A stretch of DNA of 64,000 nucleotides from an uncultured Gammaproteobacteria bacterium (GCA_964590105.1 CAZPYM010000004.1:52198-116197); one strand, 5' to 3'. Shown: positions 1 through 9,921, counted from the first letter of the stretch. Notes: generated by a model not told the origin, from the sequence alone. Numbers and translations are program-made.

Positions 1-139
1 CCCGCTCGTTCCAAACCGGCCGCCATATAAGCCAGATCCAGTGGCATACGCAGGCTTGAAGTCAGCCCCCTGGCCGGGACTTGACAGCGGTCATCGCGAA
101 TATATGCCGCGCCCGGAGGATTTATCAACAAGGCTTTTT

Positions 140-685
140 TCATAATCGCGTTTTAACCAAAATAAAAATATGTTGCAGCGGATAGCCCCAAAAAGGTTTC
201 CGCACCGGCTTGATTTCAAAAACGCAATCTAATTGCCCAAGCAAATTTTCCCATTCTGAAATTTTTAAAAAATTTAATGGAACCGGCATCCCCTTGTCAT
301 GAAAAAAATTTAAAGCCACATCAGCGATTCCGGCCGCCAAACTAGGTTGCATTTCAAAAATTAAAAGCCTTTTTCCGACCCGCAATCCTTCGCGAAGCAA
401 TTCCAAAATATTTTCAGAATGATGCAAAACATCATTAAATAAAATCCAAGTAAACTCATTATCCGAAAAAGGCAACTTGTCCGGCCGCACCATTGTTTTA
501 AATTCAAATTTTTCCAGGCGATAATCCTTGATATCCGTCCCAATAATTTTTATTTTCAATCTTTCTTTCAATACCTTGTCAACAATTCCATTCCCGCAAC
601 CAACATCCAAAACACAATCTCCGGCGCCAAGGTAATTGCCGTATAAGTCAGAAATTAATTTTGCCCTAAATTTTGTGGTAAACAT
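140..685 (-). CDS. class I SAM-dependent methyltransferase
   Basis: Motif I VLDVGCGNG near the N-terminus. Size ~180 aa. Stop/start overlap (ATGA at 685) with the upstream glycosyltransferase ORF suggests co-translation. Confidence 0.6.
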   Translation of the reverse strand: MFTTKFRAKLISDLYGNYLGAGDCVLDVGCGNGIVDKVLKERLKIKIIGTDIKDYRLEKFEFKTMVRPDKLPFSDNEFTWILFNDVLHHSENILELLREGLRVGKRLLIFEMQPSLAAGIADVALNFFHDKGMPVPLNFLKISEWENLLGQLDCVFEIKPVRKPFWGYPLQHIFILVKTRL

Positions 686-2274
686 TATTTCTCAAAAAGA
701 ATTAACTGAGTCTGCTGAACACCGGTGATCTTGTCGGGAAAGTAATAGTATTTTACAGGTTTTAATTTTTGTTTCAAGTGGCCAACCAAATACCCTCCTG
801 GATCCTGAACTGACGTCTTTTGGGGCAAATAATTAAACAGCCAGATGCGTTCATAATTCTGAATCAGTTCTTCTGCTAATTTAACGTTTTCCTCCGTCAT
901 AACGTTGTAATCCCAATATAACCAGCGTTTATTTTCATTTTCAGAGACTAATTCATTGTTCAAAGGCAAAAAAAACTTTTTCTCCGCTCCGCCGTGATAG
1001 TAAAAAGGCAAAAGCAAATCATTGAAATGGTCAACTAGAATCAAATCGCCCGGCTGTTCATTGTTTTCAATAAATTGAAAAGCGTCCCTGGCATAATAAA
1101 GAAAACTGTCTGCTCGCGGCGGGAAATATGTCCTGGCCGTTGAGAGCCCGCTGGCTGCGATTATCAAGACCAGGAGACAAACTTTTGCAAATCTTTGGCG
1201 AATCTGAAAAAATACAGCCGCTATAAAAATTACCACGGGAACAGTGAATATCAAAAAATATTTTTCAGCATAAATAAACTTTAAGGCAGCCAGCCCCAAA
1301 AACCCTCCGACAATAAACCAGAACAATATCCGCATTTTTACTTCTGAACGGTATTTGACGGCCAAAACCATCAGCAAAACAAAAACAGCAAACCCGCCGG
1401 CAACAACCAACCAGCTCGATCCGCCAGTACGGCCGAACATTAAATTGTAAAAATATTTTCCGAAAATCAACGGACTGCCATGCGTAAATATTCTTGAAAA
1501 AAGCGGCGCAGGGCCACTACCGCCCGAAAATATATTTGACCAACGCCCAAAAATTAAAAGCTGTGGCAAAAATAAAATAAAGATTAATATATAATAACAA
1601 ACAATTCGCTTAATTTCTTCTCTGCGATAAATTACCATCAAAAAGCCTTGCAAGGCGACTAAAACAAAAGCCGTATAATGCGTGTACAAACAAAGAGTAG
1701 TAAACAAAACATATAACAGCCAATTTTTTTGGCTGGGTTTTTCCAAAATTCTCCACCAAAAGATCATTGACAAACAACTCAAAAAGACCAGCAAAGAGTA
1801 AGCCCTTATTTCAGTGGAATAATCAATATTCAACGCCGACAAACTAAAAAACAGACTACTGAGTAGGCCGATCTTGTAATTAAAAATTTGTTTTCCTAAA
1901 AAAAATATTGCCAAAACGCTTAAAATACTGAAAACAAAAGGCAAAACTGCCAACCCGATGATATTACTGCCAACAACCTTGTGCCAGCCCCACAAAGACA
2001 GATAAAATAAAGGCGGCGTGGAATCATAGGAGGACAATTGAATAACCCTGGAAAAATTCTGCTCAGCAAAATAAATTGAATAAGCCTCATCAAACCAGAT
2101 AATTTTTGACGAATTTATTCCTTGTTCCGGAATTATGGTTCTAAACTCCGGCAGCCGGGCAAAAATCGACAAGACCACGATAAATAACAGCCAACATCCG
2201 AGGTGAATTTTTTTATTCGCAGTCATAATTTTAATTGTTTGATCCGTAAATGTTTTACCCCAAACCGTAATCAA
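685..2274 (-). CDS. polytopic membrane glycosyltransferase, GT39/ArnT/PMT-like (family assignment tentative)
   Basis: Roughly 11-13 predicted TM helices followed by a ~150-aa soluble C-terminal domain. This architecture is typical of the ArnT/PMT_2 family. No catalytic motif was confirmed. Confidence 0.4.
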   Translation of the reverse strand: MITVWGKTFTDQTIKIMTANKKIHLGCWLLFIVVLSIFARLPEFRTIIPEQGINSSKIIWFDEAYSIYFAEQNFSRVIQLSSYDSTPPLFYLSLWGWHKVVGSNIIGLAVLPFVFSILSVLAIFFLGKQIFNYKIGLLSSLFFSLSALNIDYSTEIRAYSLLVFLSCLSMIFWWRILEKPSQKNWLLYVLFTTLCLYTHYTAFVLVALQGFLMVIYRREEIKRIVCYYILIFILFLPQLLIFGRWSNIFSGGSGPAPLFSRIFTHGSPLIFGKYFYNLMFGRTGGSSWLVVAGGFAVFVLLMVLAVKYRSEVKMRILFWFIVGGFLGLAALKFIYAEKYFLIFTVPVVIFIAAVFFQIRQRFAKVCLLVLIIAASGLSTARTYFPPRADSFLYYARDAFQFIENNEQPGDLILVDHFNDLLLPFYYHGGAEKKFFLPLNNELVSENENKRWLYWDYNVMTEENVKLAEELIQNYERIWLFNYLPQKTSVQDPGGYLVGHLKQKLKPVKYYYFPDKITGVQQTQLILFEK

Positions 2275-2300
2275 CGCGAGGCACTCCTTTTATCCACGTG

Positions 2301-3506
2301 TTAAAGCACATTAATTACCAACGCCGCCATCGCCGCCAAAAAAAACGAAGCAATCAGAGATCCGGTTAAAAAGAAAGTCAAAACAACCAGCCCGAGCATC
2401 ACCAGCCGCCCGAGAGTCAGGGCCAGCTCGCGCACCACTGTATATTCGTCGACATAATGCCCCGAATCAGCCGCTCGCTCATACATGAGCGCGTCAAAAG
2501 GAGTGCGCATGATAATATTGGCAAAACTGTGATAAGTACTGGCAATAAAAATCTGAAAGCCCGTGCCAACAAACATTTTTGCTATCCAACCAATAGAATT
2601 TAGAATCGTGCCAAAACGCATCACCCGGCGCTTGTCAAAACGGTCTGAAATATCGCCGAGCAATAACTGCAACACAATACTGCCAAGAATTATAAGTGAA
2701 GAAATTAAACCAACCGCCTGATAGTTTTGATTGAGCAAAAGCCAAATGAAAATCGGCCAAATAACGGTCCCCACTATCTCCTGCATACCGTCAGCGCCGT
2801 ATGACAAGAGCATGCGCCTGTGCTGGCGACTAAAAACTTCCCGATAGCTCTGCAAATAAGTAAAATCAAATTTTTCTCTGGTGTCCGGGATTAAAAAAAG
2901 CGGCACCACTGACATGATATAAATAATAAGCCCAATTAAAAACAAAACCCCGTATCCGTACACAAAAATAATTTCACCGGCGACAAAAGGCATGAAGATA
3001 CTGACCAGTGAAGCGATTGAAATCAAAAATGCCATCTGCTTTCCCCGAGTTTTCTTGTCGGTAAAGCTGGCAAAATCAGTGTGAAACGGCACCCAGTAAA
3101 AAAATCTGTCAATATTTACCGCCACGATCGCCAGCCCGAGGAAAATCAGCGCCCCATTTACTTCAAATGAACGCATGAAGTAAAACCACGCCCAGCCAAA
3201 ACAAACAGACAAAATCAAGGATTTTTTCATGCCGATCCTAGACATTGTTTTCGCGCCAAGCGGCACAATAAAAAACCAGATCAGCAGATTTATAAAATAA
3301 TAAACAGCCACTTTGTACAAAGAAAAATCCAGCATTTTATAAAGAAGGATCGGAACAAAAATCCCGATCAGCCCACCGGCCACCTGCTGGATAATGCGGT
3401 TAGAATAAAGCGCGGTCAGAGCGCCGGACAATTTCGTGTGCCTGAAGTTCTGAACAAATGATTCCACCGATTGATTGTGAGGAAAATGTTTTTCGTGCCG
3501 ATACAT
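2301..3506 (-). CDS. MFS-type transporter / polytopic membrane protein
   Basis: 401 aa with about 12 hydrophobic helices in two halves. It sits in a sugar-modification cluster. Confidence 0.4.
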   Translation of the reverse strand: MYRHEKHFPHNQSVESFVQNFRHTKLSGALTALYSNRIIQQVAGGLIGIFVPILLYKMLDFSLYKVAVYYFINLLIWFFIVPLGAKTMSRIGMKKSLILSVCFGWAWFYFMRSFEVNGALIFLGLAIVAVNIDRFFYWVPFHTDFASFTDKKTRGKQMAFLISIASLVSIFMPFVAGEIIFVYGYGVLFLIGLIIYIMSVVPLFLIPDTREKFDFTYLQSYREVFSRQHRRMLLSYGADGMQEIVGTVIWPIFIWLLLNQNYQAVGLISSLIILGSIVLQLLLGDISDRFDKRRVMRFGTILNSIGWIAKMFVGTGFQIFIASTYHSFANIIMRTPFDALMYERAADSGHYVDEYTVVRELALTLGRLVMLGLVVLTFFLTGSLIASFFLAAMAALVINVL

Positions 3507-3550
3507 AGGCTAAGAAAGAGATAGAGGTGTGAAGAGGCGAGAATTGAGAA

Positions 3551-3770
3551 AAAATTACAAAATACAAACCACAAATTACAAACAATGGGGCCAAAATTAC
3601 AAAGTCCAAACAAAAATGCGGAGAATAAAATACTAAAGCATAATCTATCACGGGACAACTAAGTTTATTATTTCAATTTATGATTTGTGATTCGTAATTT
3701 ATTCTTTGTAATTTGCTTGTAATTTGTTATTTTCGCCATAGGCGGACGAGTGCAATTTGTAATTTACTCC
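3551..3770. repeat. attacaaa-type heptamer-like repeat arrays in inverted arrangement (long imperfect palindrome)
   Basis: Left arm aaaattacaaaatacaaaccacaaattacaaacaat... versus right arm ...tttgtaatttgcttgtaatttgtt. Related attacaaa arrays at 9655-9715, 10290-10330, 20945-20990 and 38905-38965. Confidence 0.5.
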
Positions 3771-4702
3771 TCCTTCCTCTCTCGAACCCAATCTATTGTT
3801 TTTTTAATCCCCTGTTCAATAGAAGTTTGCGGTTCCCAATTTAATTCCCTTTTAATTTTTTCATAACTAAGACAACTGACTGCTTGGCCTGAAAAAACTT
3901 CCGCATGCTTAGGGGTCAGAGGAGAATGCAATTCATCTTTAATAAGCTTAAAAAGTTCATTAACAGTTGTTTGTTTAGCTGTGCCGACATTATATGTGCC
4001 CGATCTTTCGCTTTGAAAAGCCGCCATATTCGCCCGGACAATGTCGCCCACATACACATAGTCGCGCGTCTGGTGGCCGTCGCCGTGAATTATCGGGGTT
4101 AAGTTGTCCAACATTTTCTCAGCAAAAATGGAAATCACACCGGCTTCGCCCTTTGGATTTTGGCGCGGGCCGTAAACATTGGCATAGCGCATGATGGCAA
4201 ATTCCAAACCAAATTGCCGGCGGTAAAAACGAATATATTTTTCCAGCGCCAGCTTGGCCAGGCCGTATGGTGACAACGGTTCGCAGGGATATTTCTCGGG
4301 TGTTGGAACAACTTCCGCTTCGCCGTAAAGAGCGCCGCCGGTGGAGGAAAACAAAATTTTCTTAACTTTATTCTGAAGGCAAAGTTCAAGCACGTTGAGC
4401 CCGCCGAGGATATTTACATCCGCGTCAAACAACGGATCTTCAACTGAACGATTGACGCTGATCTGGGCGGCAAAATGAAACACATATTCCGGCCGCTCCT
4501 TTTCAAAAACTTCAGCTAGCGCTTCTTCACGAATGTCTGTTTTATATATTCTCGCGTTCGGATGCACATTTTTTTCCGAGCCACTGGAAAAATTATCAAC
4601 AACGGCGACGGAATAGCTTTCTTTGATCAGGGCGTCAACCATGTGCGAACCGATAAACCCCGCGCCGCCGGTAACAAGAACAGTTTGTTTGTTTAATACC
4701 AT
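3764..4702 (-). CDS. NAD-dependent epimerase/dehydratase (GalE-like UDP-sugar epimerase, SDR family)
   Basis: N-terminal Rossmann motif VLVTGGAGFIGSH. Catalytic SPYG...K spacing (PLSPYGLAKLALEKY). 312 aa. Confidence 0.75.
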   Translation of the reverse strand: MVLNKQTVLVTGGAGFIGSHMVDALIKESYSVAVVDNFSSGSEKNVHPNARIYKTDIREEALAEVFEKERPEYVFHFAAQISVNRSVEDPLFDADVNILGGLNVLELCLQNKVKKILFSSTGGALYGEAEVVPTPEKYPCEPLSPYGLAKLALEKYIRFYRRQFGLEFAIMRYANVYGPRQNPKGEAGVISIFAEKMLDNLTPIIHGDGHQTRDYVYVGDIVRANMAAFQSERSGTYNVGTAKQTTVNELFKLIKDELHSPLTPKHAEVFSGQAVSCLSYEKIKRELNWEPQTSIEQGIKKTIDWVRERKEE

Positions 4703-4803
4703 AAGATTAAAGTGTTAGCTGTTGAAAAATGAGAAAGTTAATTAAAGTTAATGGGAGTTAATTGATAGTTAATTTAAAGAAGGTTACCAGGGAGGGAAAA
4801 AGT

Positions 4804-5208
4804 CTACTCTTGTTTCCCCTTTTCTTTAAATTTCTCTTTTGTTTCTTGAATATATTTTATGTACTTATTGATCCCAAAAATTAATTTTTTGTAGCGCTCA
4901 ATTAAATTATTACAAACATTTAGCCTCCAGACACGCTTGATCTCAAGCTTTTTTATATGGCCGATAGTTTCATATGCTTCTTTTCTAGAAATCCGCAGGC
5001 AACTGATTTTTACGTTAAAGTAAAACACCCCATGCATTTCTGCAATATTATCTCCAATGGATTGCGATGATCTGTCAATTTGATTTTTATTTCCGCTTTG
5101 TCCTTTTATTTCTTTCAATAGTTCAGTTATCAGCCGATGCAATTCAATCGCTTCCGCCCAAATCCATAATTTTTCCAGCGGTTCGTATTTGCTTCTCTGC
5201 TTTTCCAT
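4804..5208 (-). CDS. four-helix bundle protein (23S rRNA intervening-sequence protein family)
   Basis: 134 aa. The helical pattern and the GQSGNKNQIDRSSQSIGDNIAEMHG core resemble the TIGR02436-type family. Flanked on both sides by ttaattaact repeat arrays. Confidence 0.55.
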   Translation of the reverse strand: MEKQRSKYEPLEKLWIWAEAIELHRLITELLKEIKGQSGNKNQIDRSSQSIGDNIAEMHGVFYFNVKISCLRISRKEAYETIGHIKKLEIKRVWRLNVCNNLIERYKKLIFGINKYIKYIQETKEKFKEKGKQE

Positions 5209-5476
5209 AACTTTTTCTATTATTAACTCTCAGTTTCCGCCATAGGCGGCCCGGCCTATGGCTGGAGCTTTCTCCATCTTCATTTCTCCCATGTTCTTTA
5301 GTTTCTCTAATTAACTTTCTCTTTATTAACTCCTAATTAACTTCTATTAACTTTAATTAACTTTCTCCGTCTTTTCGTCTTCTTACAAATTCAACCTCCC
5401 CCATAATCTTTTGTTTCTCAATCCCGGTAAATTCTATTAACTTTCTCTTGTCAACTTTAATTAACTCTTATTAACT

Positions 5477-6598
5477 TTAATTAACTTTCTCCATCTTTCC
5501 ATCTTTCAAGTCCATGCGCCCCACGATTCTTTCTTTTTCTTTTTCGTCCGCCGGTCGTGGCTGGCTGTAGTCTTCAATAATGACCGGCAAATATTCAATG
5601 TCTTTCACTTCATTTTTACTAAGAATAATTTTTACAGCTACGCCCTCGCGCGTTTCCTCGGACCACATTTGATCAAAAACAAAATTGCCCAGACTGTAAA
5701 AAATATATTTACCCTTGTATTTTTCAACTTCCTGCACCACGTGCGGATGATGGCCGACGACCAGATCGGCGCCACTGTCAATCGCCAGCCTGGCAAAATC
5801 CTGCTGGTGTTTTGAACTTTTATTCTGATATTCCGCGCCGTCGTGCATGGAAACAATTACAAAATCAGTCTGTTCTTGTGCCGCAGTTAAATCAGCTTTC
5901 AACTGCTCGCTATCCATGAGCGCCATGCCCGGATTTTCCGGCCCGACGGCATAATAGTCAGGCCCGTAAGCATAACACAAAAAAGCAATCTTTCTGCCTT
6001 TAATTTCTTTCACAACCATTTGCGCCAAGGGATCTTTTGAATCTTTCATCGCGCCGCAGTAATCAATCCCCTGCGCGCTCAGGTAACCGAAAGTTTTTGT
6101 CAGACCGTCGGTTCCTTTATTTAAAATATGATTGTTCGCCAAGCTCAAAACATCAAAGCCCGCCCAGTCCAGCCCCTCGACGCTCTCGGGATCAGCCCGA
6201 AAAACAAAAGAACCGGTCGGCACAGGAGTTCCCGGCGCGATAGGACTTTCCAAATTGCCAAAACTTATGTCCGCGCCGGAAATTAATTCTTGCACTTTTA
6301 AAAAGGGATAATGATAATCGCCGTATTTTTTCATTTTTGCGCCCACATTTCTTGACAACATTATATCACCGACCAGAACCAATGAAATCTCCTGTTCCAG
6401 CTCCTGGTTTTTTTTGTTTTCTAAATTTTCTGCAGCCTGCGAAACCAAATCAGATTCCCATTTATTAAATGGGACAAATTTGCTGACATCGATCTGCCGA
6501 TTTTCTTGCTCGACCTGATTAATTAATTGAAAATAAAAATAACCGGACGCACTGACTGCGACGAGAACAACAATTGCAATTATCAACCATTTTTTCAT
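5477..6598 (-). CDS. CapA-family (poly-gamma-glutamate/capsule-type metallophosphatase) protein, membrane anchored
   Basis: N-terminal TM helix. Calcineurin-like motifs: VGDIMLSRNV, GNLESPI, ...GHHPHVVQ. 373 aa. Confidence 0.55.
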   Translation of the reverse strand: MKKWLIIAIVVLVAVSASGYFYFQLINQVEQENRQIDVSKFVPFNKWESDLVSQAAENLENKKNQELEQEISLVLVGDIMLSRNVGAKMKKYGDYHYPFLKVQELISGADISFGNLESPIAPGTPVPTGSFVFRADPESVEGLDWAGFDVLSLANNHILNKGTDGLTKTFGYLSAQGIDYCGAMKDSKDPLAQMVVKEIKGRKIAFLCYAYGPDYYAVGPENPGMALMDSEQLKADLTAAQEQTDFVIVSMHDGAEYQNKSSKHQQDFARLAIDSGADLVVGHHPHVVQEVEKYKGKYIFYSLGNFVFDQMWSEETREGVAVKIILSKNEVKDIEYLPVIIEDYSQPRPADEKEKERIVGRMDLKDGKMEKVN

Positions 6599-6645
6599 GA
6601 TTTTTATTTTTTTTATTTTCTTAAAAAACTTTTAACTTTCAACTT

Positions 6646-7743
6646 TTACCTTTTTACATTATGTCGCAAATAAGCTTCAATAAATTCAATCAAATCCCCA
6701 TCCAAAACGGCGTCCACTGAACTTGTTTCAAATTCTGTCCGGTGATCCTTGACCATTTTATACGGATGAATCACATACGACCGCGCCTGATTGCCCCAGG
6801 CAGCCTCGGTATATTCGCCGCGCAATTTTTGCCGCTCCTCCTCTAGTTCGGTGGCATAATATTGCTCCAGTTTTGCGGCCAAAACTTTCATGGCCGTTTC
6901 CCTATTCTGTTGCTGTGAACGTTCATTCTGGCAGGAAACCACTATTTTTGTGGGCAAATGAGTAACGCGGACAGCAGAGTCAGTGGTATTAACGCACTGT
7001 CCGCCATGTCCGCCCGCTCGAAAAGTATCTATTCGTAAATCTTCAGGTTTAATTTCAATTTCCAGTTTTTCTTCCTGGAGCGGCAGGACTTCCACCAGTG
7101 CGAATGAAGTGTGGCGCATTTTTTCCGCGTCAAATGGCGAAATTCTGACCAGTCGATGCACACCAGCCTCAGCTTTTAGATAACCATAGCAATTTTTACC
7201 TTTAACTTCAAAAAGCACGCTCTTGATGCCAGCTTCAGCGCCGGCGGAAATATTGAGAATCTGCGTTTTCCATCCTTGTTTTTCTGCAAAACGCAAATAC
7301 ATACGCAGGAGCATCTCTGCCCAATCCTGCGCATCCGTGCCACCCGCACCAGCATGAATAGCCATGATGGAATCGCTATGGTCATATTTGCCGCTAAATA
7401 ACAAACTAAATTCCAATCGTTCAAATATTTGTTCCAACTTTTCCAGCTGCGCTTCAACTTCTTTTCTTAAACTGACGGCTTGGTCATCTTTGTCCAACTG
7501 GGTTATTTCCAATAAATCAGAAATTTCTTTTTTGATTTTTTCCCAATCAGCCACTTCTGTTTCCAAGTCACTCGCCTGCTGGCTAATCTGCTTGGCCATG
7601 TCCTGATTGTCCCAAAAGCCGGGCTTGCTCATTTCATGCTGCAATTCAATTATTTTTGTGCTTTTCTCATCAACCCGAACCAGCGCCCAGGCTTTTTGCA
7701 GACGCTCCTTCAATTCCATTATTTTATTTATCAAATCCTGCAT
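6646..7743 (-). CDS. prfB: peptide chain release factor 2 (uninterrupted, no +1 frameshift)
   Basis: GGQ motif (GGHGGQCVNTTDSAVRVTHLPT). SPF tripeptide characteristic of RF2 (RISPFDAE). The ORF track extends to 7824, but the extension runs through a conserved noncoding GC double-hairpin element, so the start is placed at MQDLINK (7743). Start confidence is moderate. Confidence 0.85.
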   Translation of the reverse strand: MQDLINKIMELKERLQKAWALVRVDEKSTKIIELQHEMSKPGFWDNQDMAKQISQQASDLETEVADWEKIKKEISDLLEITQLDKDDQAVSLRKEVEAQLEKLEQIFERLEFSLLFSGKYDHSDSIMAIHAGAGGTDAQDWAEMLLRMYLRFAEKQGWKTQILNISAGAEAGIKSVLFEVKGKNCYGYLKAEAGVHRLVRISPFDAEKMRHTSFALVEVLPLQEEKLEIEIKPEDLRIDTFRAGGHGGQCVNTTDSAVRVTHLPTKIVVSCQNERSQQQNRETAMKVLAAKLEQYYATELEEERQKLRGEYTEAAWGNQARSYVIHPYKMVKDHRTEFETSSVDAVLDGDLIEFIEAYLRHNVKR

Positions 7744-7848
7744 ATAATAAAGCCCAAAATCCTCCGCCATAGGCGGATGCGCCTCTGGCGCAAAAGGAAA
7801 TTTAAAGCTCAAAACAAATTCCAAATTAAAAACTCAAAGCGCCGCAGT

Positions 7849-8241
7849 TTATTTTATTAATCTATCAATATTTTCCGGATACAATAAAAGATCCTTCAAT
7901 GCGGAAAGGCGGTGCCATTCCAGGAAATAAATATTGTCTTTTGATTGCCTTGCCAATTCCGGACCACCAAGAGCTAATTTCCCTTTAAATTTTTTTGCGA
8001 GAAAATAATATCCAATTTTTGTCTTACCGTTGACCAATTCTTTTCTCCGGCACAAAAGTCTATCAAGCTCAATATCAAGATTTGTCTCCTCCTTAACTTC
8101 TCTAATAGCGGCGACCCGAGTGGTCTCGCCCTTTTTAATTGATCCGCCGGGAAGCACAAAATATTCTTTACCATTTTTTCGCCGATGAATCAGCAAAACT
8201 TTACCGGTATGCTTGATTATAACCCGGGCGCCGTTCAACAT
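7849..8241 (-). CDS. NUDIX hydrolase
   Basis: Nudix box GSIKKGETTRVAAIREVKEETNL (Gx5Ex7REVxEE). Confidence 0.7.
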   Translation of the reverse strand: MLNGARVIIKHTGKVLLIHRRKNGKEYFVLPGGSIKKGETTRVAAIREVKEETNLDIELDRLLCRRKELVNGKTKIGYYFLAKKFKGKLALGGPELARQSKDNIYFLEWHRLSALKDLLLYPENIDRLIK

Positions 8242-8407
8242 AATAAATAATTATTGTCCCTTCCGAAGAAATAACCATAGTTCTTTTTATGTGTTAACAA
8301 AAAGGGCGATGGTTCTCATCATGGGGAATTGTAAAGCGAACCTTTATCTACCCCTATTGGGTTCCACAGTGCTACGCAACTATAAAACTCTCTTTTGAAA
8401 ACATTGA

Positions 8408-9625
8408 CTATTCCTTGCGCTCTTCAAGAATCACTTTAACTTCTTTTTCTACATTATCATGAACTATCTTCAATGTCACCTCGTCGCCGGGCTTGTATTT
8501 GGCAACTTCATTAACCAAAGAATTTTCCTGACTTACTTTTGCTCCATTTACCTCCAAAATAATATCATTTTCTGTGAGGCCGGCTTTTTCCGCCGGGCTA
8601 TCGGCAACTACTGCCACGTCCGTGGCATTCTGCCCGGGCAAAACCAAAGCGCCATATTCGTATTTCAACTCATTAGCTTTGGCTATTTCCGGATTTAACT
8701 GAATATAACGCACGCCAAGCCATGGACGGATTATTTTGCCAAATTGTTTAACGCTATCAATAACGCTTTTTGCTTGGTTAACAGGAATAGCAAAGCCAAG
8801 CGACTGCCCCTGCCAGTTTACCGCTGTATTAATGCCAATAACCTGCCCGTCCAAATTTAGCAACGGACCGCCAGAATTCCCGGGATTAATTGCCGCGTCA
8901 GTTTGAATCGCGCCCTGAATCAATTCCGATTGTCCACTGCCGTCGCTCGCCGTAACACTCCGGTCCACTCCGCTAACAACGCCGCGGGTGATAGTGTTAC
9001 GATATTCGCTAAGTGCATTACCAATAGCAATCGCTGTCTGGCCAATTTCTATTTTGTCAGAATCACCAAGCTCAACCACCGGTAAATCATTGGCATCAAT
9101 TTTTAAAATCGCAATATCATTAACCGTATCACGGCCCAAAACCGTAGCGTCATAGCGAGTTCCATTATTTAGTATTACTGCATATTCTGCGCTTTCATCA
9201 GCCGCCACATGTTTATTGGTCAAAATCATACCATCGGCTGAAATAATAAATCCTGTGCCACCGCCAATTTCTTGCTTTTCCTTGGTTCCTTGTTCCGGTA
9301 ATTGCACTCCATAATTCCAAAAATCAAATATATCCGGACCGGTCAAATTATAAAAACTATCCAATTCTTTTGAGACCACGATACTTACCACGGACGGAGA
9401 GACTTTTTTTACCACTTCAATGGTGGCGGAATCCTCCGTCACTTCGAAAACTTTTTTCTGACCGGTAAGCTGCTCCGTAACATTGCTGTGAAGAAAACCC
9501 CGCCCCCAATCAGTATTTTCCATGTAAGGTTTGAGAAAAAAAGAACCGCAGGCGCCGGCAAATGCGCCGACCACCAGGCTGACAATGATCGTGAGGGCTA
9601 AATAGCCGCGAGTGCTTGTTGACAT
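8408..9625 (-). CDS. HtrA/DegP-family trypsin-like serine protease with C-terminal PDZ domain
   Basis: N-terminal TM helix. Catalytic Ser motif GNSGGPLLNLDGQVIGINTA, plus a His and an Asp placed as in the trypsin catalytic triad. PDZ-like C-terminal domain. Confidence 0.8.
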   Translation of the reverse strand: MSTSTRGYLALTIIVSLVVGAFAGACGSFFLKPYMENTDWGRGFLHSNVTEQLTGQKKVFEVTEDSATIEVVKKVSPSVVSIVVSKELDSFYNLTGPDIFDFWNYGVQLPEQGTKEKQEIGGGTGFIISADGMILTNKHVAADESAEYAVILNNGTRYDATVLGRDTVNDIAILKIDANDLPVVELGDSDKIEIGQTAIAIGNALSEYRNTITRGVVSGVDRSVTASDGSGQSELIQGAIQTDAAINPGNSGGPLLNLDGQVIGINTAVNWQGQSLGFAIPVNQAKSVIDSVKQFGKIIRPWLGVRYIQLNPEIAKANELKYEYGALVLPGQNATDVAVVADSPAEKAGLTENDIILEVNGAKVSQENSLVNEVAKYKPGDEVTLKIVHDNVEKEVKVILEERKE

Positions 9626-9921
9626 AGTGGATCAATTAATAATTAAAAATTAGTGGTGCGTGGTGAAAAATCACAAATTACAAACAATAAAGCGGAAATT
9701 ACAAATTAGGATCATCAATCTCTGTAATTCCCGCCATCCGGCGGGCAGGCGTATATTCATAAAATCCGCACTTTCGCATCCTCAATAATTCCCGCCATCT
9801 GGCATCCGCCGGACAAGTTCGCCGCACGATCCCCATTTATCTCATCTTTTTTTATTTTCTATTCGCTTCAATCTTCTTTATCCTCTTTCCCATAATAGCA
9901 AAATTTTAGGTTTTTCAAAAC

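Noticed and set aside
3416-3658. 80-aa and 83-aa ORFs overlapping the MFS gene start and the attacaaa repeat region
   Set aside because: Low-complexity translation of repeat DNA. Overlaps a well-supported membrane-protein gene. No SD.
5300-5493. CRISPR array
   Set aside because: The ttaattaact and related arrays are irregular in unit length (9-11 nt), lack uniform spacers, and occur as short dispersed blocks. They are not CRISPR-like, and no cas genes are present.
6646-7824. Possible programmed +1 frameshift in prfB, or a long N-terminal extension of RF2
   Set aside because: The RF2 reading frame is continuous, with no internal in-frame UGA or shifted frame. The extra N-terminal 27 codons in the ORF track run through a conserved noncoding GC double-hairpin element. 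They are probably untranslated leader, so the start is placed at 7743.
8242-8407. Possible tRNA or small RNA in the spacer between HtrA and NUDIX genes
   Set aside because: No cloverleaf could be built (no acceptor or T-arm pairing). It is treated as a plain intergenic region.
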